From the NCBI GenBank assembly GCA_016935435.1, contig JAFGQZ010000060.1:31262-95261 (forward strand): 64,000 nt of DNA, in the 5' to 3' direction. The stretch is from Bacteroidales bacterium. Lineage in GTDB: Bacteria; Bacteroidota; Bacteroidia; Bacteroidales; UBA10428. The notes below the pieces were generated by a model. It was not told the DNA's origin. It did not search any database and saw only the letters and a program-made list of their open reading frames with translations. Positions 61,601 through 64,000 of the stretch are shown here, in pieces. The translations under genes and the position numbers were made by a program. Numbering within the stretch: position 1 is the stretch's first letter; each line of letters begins with the position of its first letter.

Positions 61601-62813
61601 AACCATTGAGGTTTCGCCTTTAACGGGAAATTACGGAAGGTGGCTATACCAAAGCAATAGTGGCGAAGCTGTTTTTGAGCAAGTAAGCGGTGACGAAAAT
61701 AAATATAACATACTGGTTAGCGATACCGGTAAATATTTGGTTAACTGGCAGGTATATAATGCTGCTTGTTCCGACGACACCATTTTTACAATTGCTTTTT
61801 TTGTCCCGCCTTTAATAAGCGCAAGGTCTAATGATCTGGTCTGCGGCAAGTTCGACACCTTAAATGCCATATCGAATATTGGCAATGGCTTATGGAAACA
61901 ATTGCCGGGCACAGGTACATCTGTAATAAGGCGCATAAACGATAGTTTGTCGATAGTGCAGGTATCGGAAGCGGGCAATTATTCGTTTGTGTGGGAAGTG
62001 GTTAACGGCGCCTGTGTTTCAGATACAACCCTGAGGGTTAGTTTTCTTGAAATACCCAATGCCCACGCAGGCTACGATTCAAATATATGCGGACAGGTTA
62101 CTAAACTTAATGCTACACCCGATACTGGCTACTGGACTGTAGTTTCGGGACCCGGCGAACTCAAATTTTCGCCCGGTACAAATTCACCTTCACCGGTTGT
62201 ACATTGCCCTGAGTATGGCACTTATGCCCTTCGGTGGACGGCAGTAAACCAGATTTGTTCCGACACATCCTCAGTAAAACTGTTGTTTATTCCAAAGCCG
62301 GTAGCCAATGCGGGCGAAAATATTGAACTTAACAATAAGTTTGAGACCGATATAGCGGCTATGCAACCCCTTGAAGGAGATTATGGCGAATGGAAACTCT
62401 TGTCGGGCTCAGGCGATATTTTAAACCAGGGAGCAGCAGAAACCTTTGTACGCTCCTTATCGCTGGGCGAAAATGTTTTTGAATGGACAGTTTATAATTC
62501 GTTATTTGAAATGTGCCAGTCGAGCGATGAGCTATCTATTATGGTTTACGATATATTTATCCCCGAAGTAATTACACCCAATGGCGACAATGTTAACGAT
62601 ATATTTGAAATAACAGGAATTGAAGATATCGAAAATGTTGAAGTTACTGTATTTAACCGCTGGGGCATTGAGGTTTTTTATAGCGCAAACTATCAAAACA
62701 ACTGGGATGGCACCGGGAAAAACAACCAGGAACTTACCAACGATACCTATTTTTATGTTATTAACATTGCGGGTGCCGGGGTTAAAAAAGGATTTGTTGT
62801 AATAAAACGGTAA
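58680..62813 (+). CDS. Large secreted repeat protein with T9SS type-B (CHU_C / gliding-motility-associated) C-terminal sorting domain
   Basis: 1377 aa, GTG start, signal peptide. About 13 tandem modules of about 84 aa, each opening P.ANAG.D..CG and closing N..CS.SDT. C-terminal segment IPEVITPNGDNVNDIFEI...NRWG...NNWDG...TYFY. Confidence 0.9.
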   Translation: MKKTVKFLIILILYLVELTTGSFADASAQTCSGGVLIAEDSSRCENEPTLLTLTGSNGTHTWLYRIAGSTDWDVLSPEQNTFMYVLPETEREYTVLSTGSGGCSEYSSIVTLRVSSFVQMPNPGAYSDACGNNIALYAYSPTGGLTGYWSAVSGPGEIVFYPDAYRINPDSAIASEYGTYQIAWNITDGICTKDTIIEVDVLEIPVANAGPNFDACGRTFNMNAIQSVAGSTGEWVKVSPPSGVFNFINNTNPQTEVNANPGTYQIRWIERNGFCQDDTIIQVRVADQPKADAGAGSSVCGLGSFVSAIPSIGLGNWQLLSAPGSITYGGNNSNLPENNLVASDYGENYILQWKEINGFCSDSDTIVINFYEQPVVTAIDPDDACGLTTLLTAYTSTASNSVIRNWSQTNGPGGIETIEPLNDSVARVSLKPGFYGSYSFQYTETNGICSDSTEVALTFFEQPAANAGSDMDTCGLGAQMNAITSVAGSTTLWAVDGDGTAVTFSDSTSENSAVSSLEPSVYRFVWAETNGVCSSSDTVVVEFIQVPRANAGLPDRICGKQYMLNAVRDIAGSSLSWKNLGTPGEIVFSDSTLPNSGITAASYHAYPLELTETYRSCYSSDTITIQFIETPLANAGIDIETCGLELNLSASRSIAGSSIQWLAPTASGLGFTNPSSVNTDVNSETYDAFNIFLVETNVFCSDTDTVVVDFIEIPAPSAGVSDSICGLNYSLNANGSIEGSFLSWLSPAGITISENTDPKAEAVAEVYGLYRVVLEETNRICSSSDTIEILFIKVPIANAGQPDSICGLEYTLQAKKEFPGSNGTWYEIASPNDIPITANETALAKVGSPGIHYFKWTETNIVCSASDTVSIDFIEIPIANAGLPDSACGFEYTLNASRSVENSTGQWALVSETGTTVISTNFSTPAIVGAAGVYNYQWTEINRICPDTSYTSITYFVQPKAEIINANDACAREQTIEVSPLTGNYGRWLYQSNSGEAVFEQVSGDENKYNILVSDTGKYLVNWQVYNAACSDDTIFTIAFFVPPLISARSNDLVCGKFDTLNAISNIGNGLWKQLPGTGTSVIRRINDSLSIVQVSEAGNYSFVWEVVNGACVSDTTLRVSFLEIPNAHAGYDSNICGQVTKLNATPDTGYWTVVSGPGELKFSPGTNSPSPVVHCPEYGTYALRWTAVNQICSDTSSVKLLFIPKPVANAGENIELNNKFETDIAAMQPLEGDYGEWKLLSGSGDILNQGAAETFVRSLSLGENVFEWTVYNSLFEMCQSSDELSIMVYDIFIPEVITPNGDNVNDIFEITGIEDIENVEVTVFNRWGIEVFYSANYQNNWDGTGKNNQELTNDTYFYVINIAGAGVKKGFVVIKR

Positions 62814-63731
62814 ATGAGAAAAATTCTGGCATATATAACCTTTTTAATATTGCCCCTAGCTTCGTTGGCGCAATTGCATGTTTTATCCGATCAGTATGTT
62901 TTTAACGGACTGGCAATAAACCCTGCCTATGCCGGTAGCGAAGATGCGCTTTCCGCAACGCTGATGTACCGTAACCAATGGGTAGGTTTTAGCGGTGCGC
63001 CTAAAACCTTAACCGGTGCCATACACTCGCCATTGGGCAAAGAACGGGTTGCCCTGGGGTTGCTTGTGTTAAATGATATTATTGGGGTAAACAGCCAGAC
63101 CAGCATTATGGGGAATTATGCTTATAAAATTGAAGCGGGACCGGGCAAACTATCTTTCGGGGTTGGTGTGGGGGTTACATTGCTCGATATAGGCTGGGAC
63201 GAGCTCAAAACCATTCAAATCGACGATATTGAACTGTTGGGCAAGTCGGAGCAGGTTTCTAACCCTAATTTCAGTGCCGGGGTGTATTATAAATCAAAAC
63301 AAATGTTTTTGGGCGTGTCTGTTCCTTTCTTTCTCAGTTATGCATATAATTCCAGCGATAAGTCAATTGATCTCAAGAACGATATTTCGGAATATAACTA
63401 TCATATTTTGGGTGGATATATATTCGATATAAGCCCAAAACTAAAGTTTCAGCCTTCGGCCCTGTTAAAATATCATGCCGGTAATGCTGTTCAGGTCGAT
63501 ATTAGCCCACTCTTAATTTTAAAAGAAAGAATGTGGATGGGGCTTACTTTTCGGACAAACGATGCGCTGGCTGCTCTAATACAGTTTGCCCTTACCGAAC
63601 AGTTTAAGTTTGCTTATTCTTACGACTTCGACATTAGCAAAACAGGCAGTTACCACCGTAATTCCCACGAGGTAATGCTTAAATTTGTTTTGGGGTACAA
63701 AGCGCTGGTAGCGGGGCCTAAAAGGTTCTAA
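62814..63731 (+). CDS. PorP/SprF-family type IX secretion system outer-membrane protein
   Basis: 305 aa. Signal peptide, then SDQYVFNGLAINPAYAG (PorP/SprF N-terminal signature). Its ATG directly abuts the TAA of the upstream cargo gene. Confidence 0.9.
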   Translation: MRKILAYITFLILPLASLAQLHVLSDQYVFNGLAINPAYAGSEDALSATLMYRNQWVGFSGAPKTLTGAIHSPLGKERVALGLLVLNDIIGVNSQTSIMGNYAYKIEAGPGKLSFGVGVGVTLLDIGWDELKTIQIDDIELLGKSEQVSNPNFSAGVYYKSKQMFLGVSVPFFLSYAYNSSDKSIDLKNDISEYNYHILGGYIFDISPKLKFQPSALLKYHAGNAVQVDISPLLILKERMWMGLTFRTNDALAALIQFALTEQFKFAYSYDFDISKTGSYHRNSHEVMLKFVLGYKALVAGPKRF

Positions 63732-63802
63732 ACATAGTTGGAGTGATGTTTATGCCGGGTTTCTAACTTATACTGTGGCAAGGCAAAAAAAAGAATTTCA
63801 GA

Positions 63803-64000
63803 TTATGAATTTCCCTCATTGACCGGCAAAAATACAGTAAAAGTACTTCCTTTGCCGGGTGTGCTGGCAACTTCAATTTTTCCCGAGTGCCTGGTTACGA
63901 ATTCGTTTACCAGAATCAGGCCTAATCCGGAGCCTTTTTCCTGGTTTGTGCCCGAGGTTGAAAAGCTGGTATCGATACGGAATAGTTTTTTGACATTTTC
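63803..64000 (-). CDS. 3' end of a histidine kinase gene (HATPase_c C-terminus); the 5' part lies beyond the window
   Basis: The minus strand from 64000 translates to ENVKKLFRIDTSFSTSGTNQEKGSGLGLILVNEFVTRHSGKIEVASTPGKGSTFTVFLPVNEGNS*, with the stop at 63803-63805. G2 box GSGLGL. Not in the ORF track because there is no start codon in the window. Confidence 0.75.
   Translation of the reverse strand, partial: ENVKKLFRIDTSFSTSGTNQEKGSGLGLILVNEFVTRHSGKIEVASTPGKGSTFTVFLPVNEGNS

Overview
The window reads as a core chromosomal region of an anaerobic Bacteroidota genome. Supporting markers are a SusC/SusD pair under ECF-sigma/FecR control, a T9SS type-B cargo with PorP/SprF, an S46 peptidase and an [FeFe]-hydrogenase. 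I support about 50 CDSs. I found no rRNA, tRNA, CRISPR array, integrase, transposase or phage structural gene. Gene blocks, left to right: (1) cvfB and an ABC-F ATPase. (2) An all-minus-strand island of poorly characterised envelope genes at 3.1-8.7 kb: a small membrane protein, a collagen-like lipoprotein, an amidohydrolase-fold protein, a signal-less M15 peptidoglycan peptidase with a wall-binding domain, a small helical protein, a lipoprotein and a 3-TM protein. (3) Usp and two-component genes, a sodium:solute symporter, recR, a ROK kinase and a SPOR protein. (4) A minus-strand operon encoding an LtaS-like transferase, an EEP hydrolase, an M1 peptidase and a penicillin-acylase-family protein. 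(5) A PUL: ECF sigma, FecR, SusC with STN domain, SusD, GH99/71-like, GH97. (6) nikR, a PAS kinase and a HEAT protein. (7) An operon of DUF2520, kdsC, UbiA-family, maf and S46 peptidase genes. (8) A trimeric [FeFe]-hydrogenase operon. (9) metY. (10) A 1377-aa repeat protein with a T9SS type-B C-terminal domain plus PorP/SprF. Most worth a second look: (a) a family of composite intergenic simple-sequence elements built from 7-bp tandem units, (GAATGAA-like)-(CTGTTCA)n-(AAACTTT/GAACTTT)n, at five loci, always between co-directional genes. (b) The hydrogenase, whose NuoF-like subunit is fused to a GltD/NfnB-like NAD(P)H flavoprotein and whose catalytic subunit reads TSCSP instead of TSCCP in the L1 motif. 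(c) The 4.6-8.7 kb envelope module, which looks like a lysis cassette or an effector-immunity set but has no phage or secretion-system context. All functional calls rest on motif recognition by eye. No database search was run.
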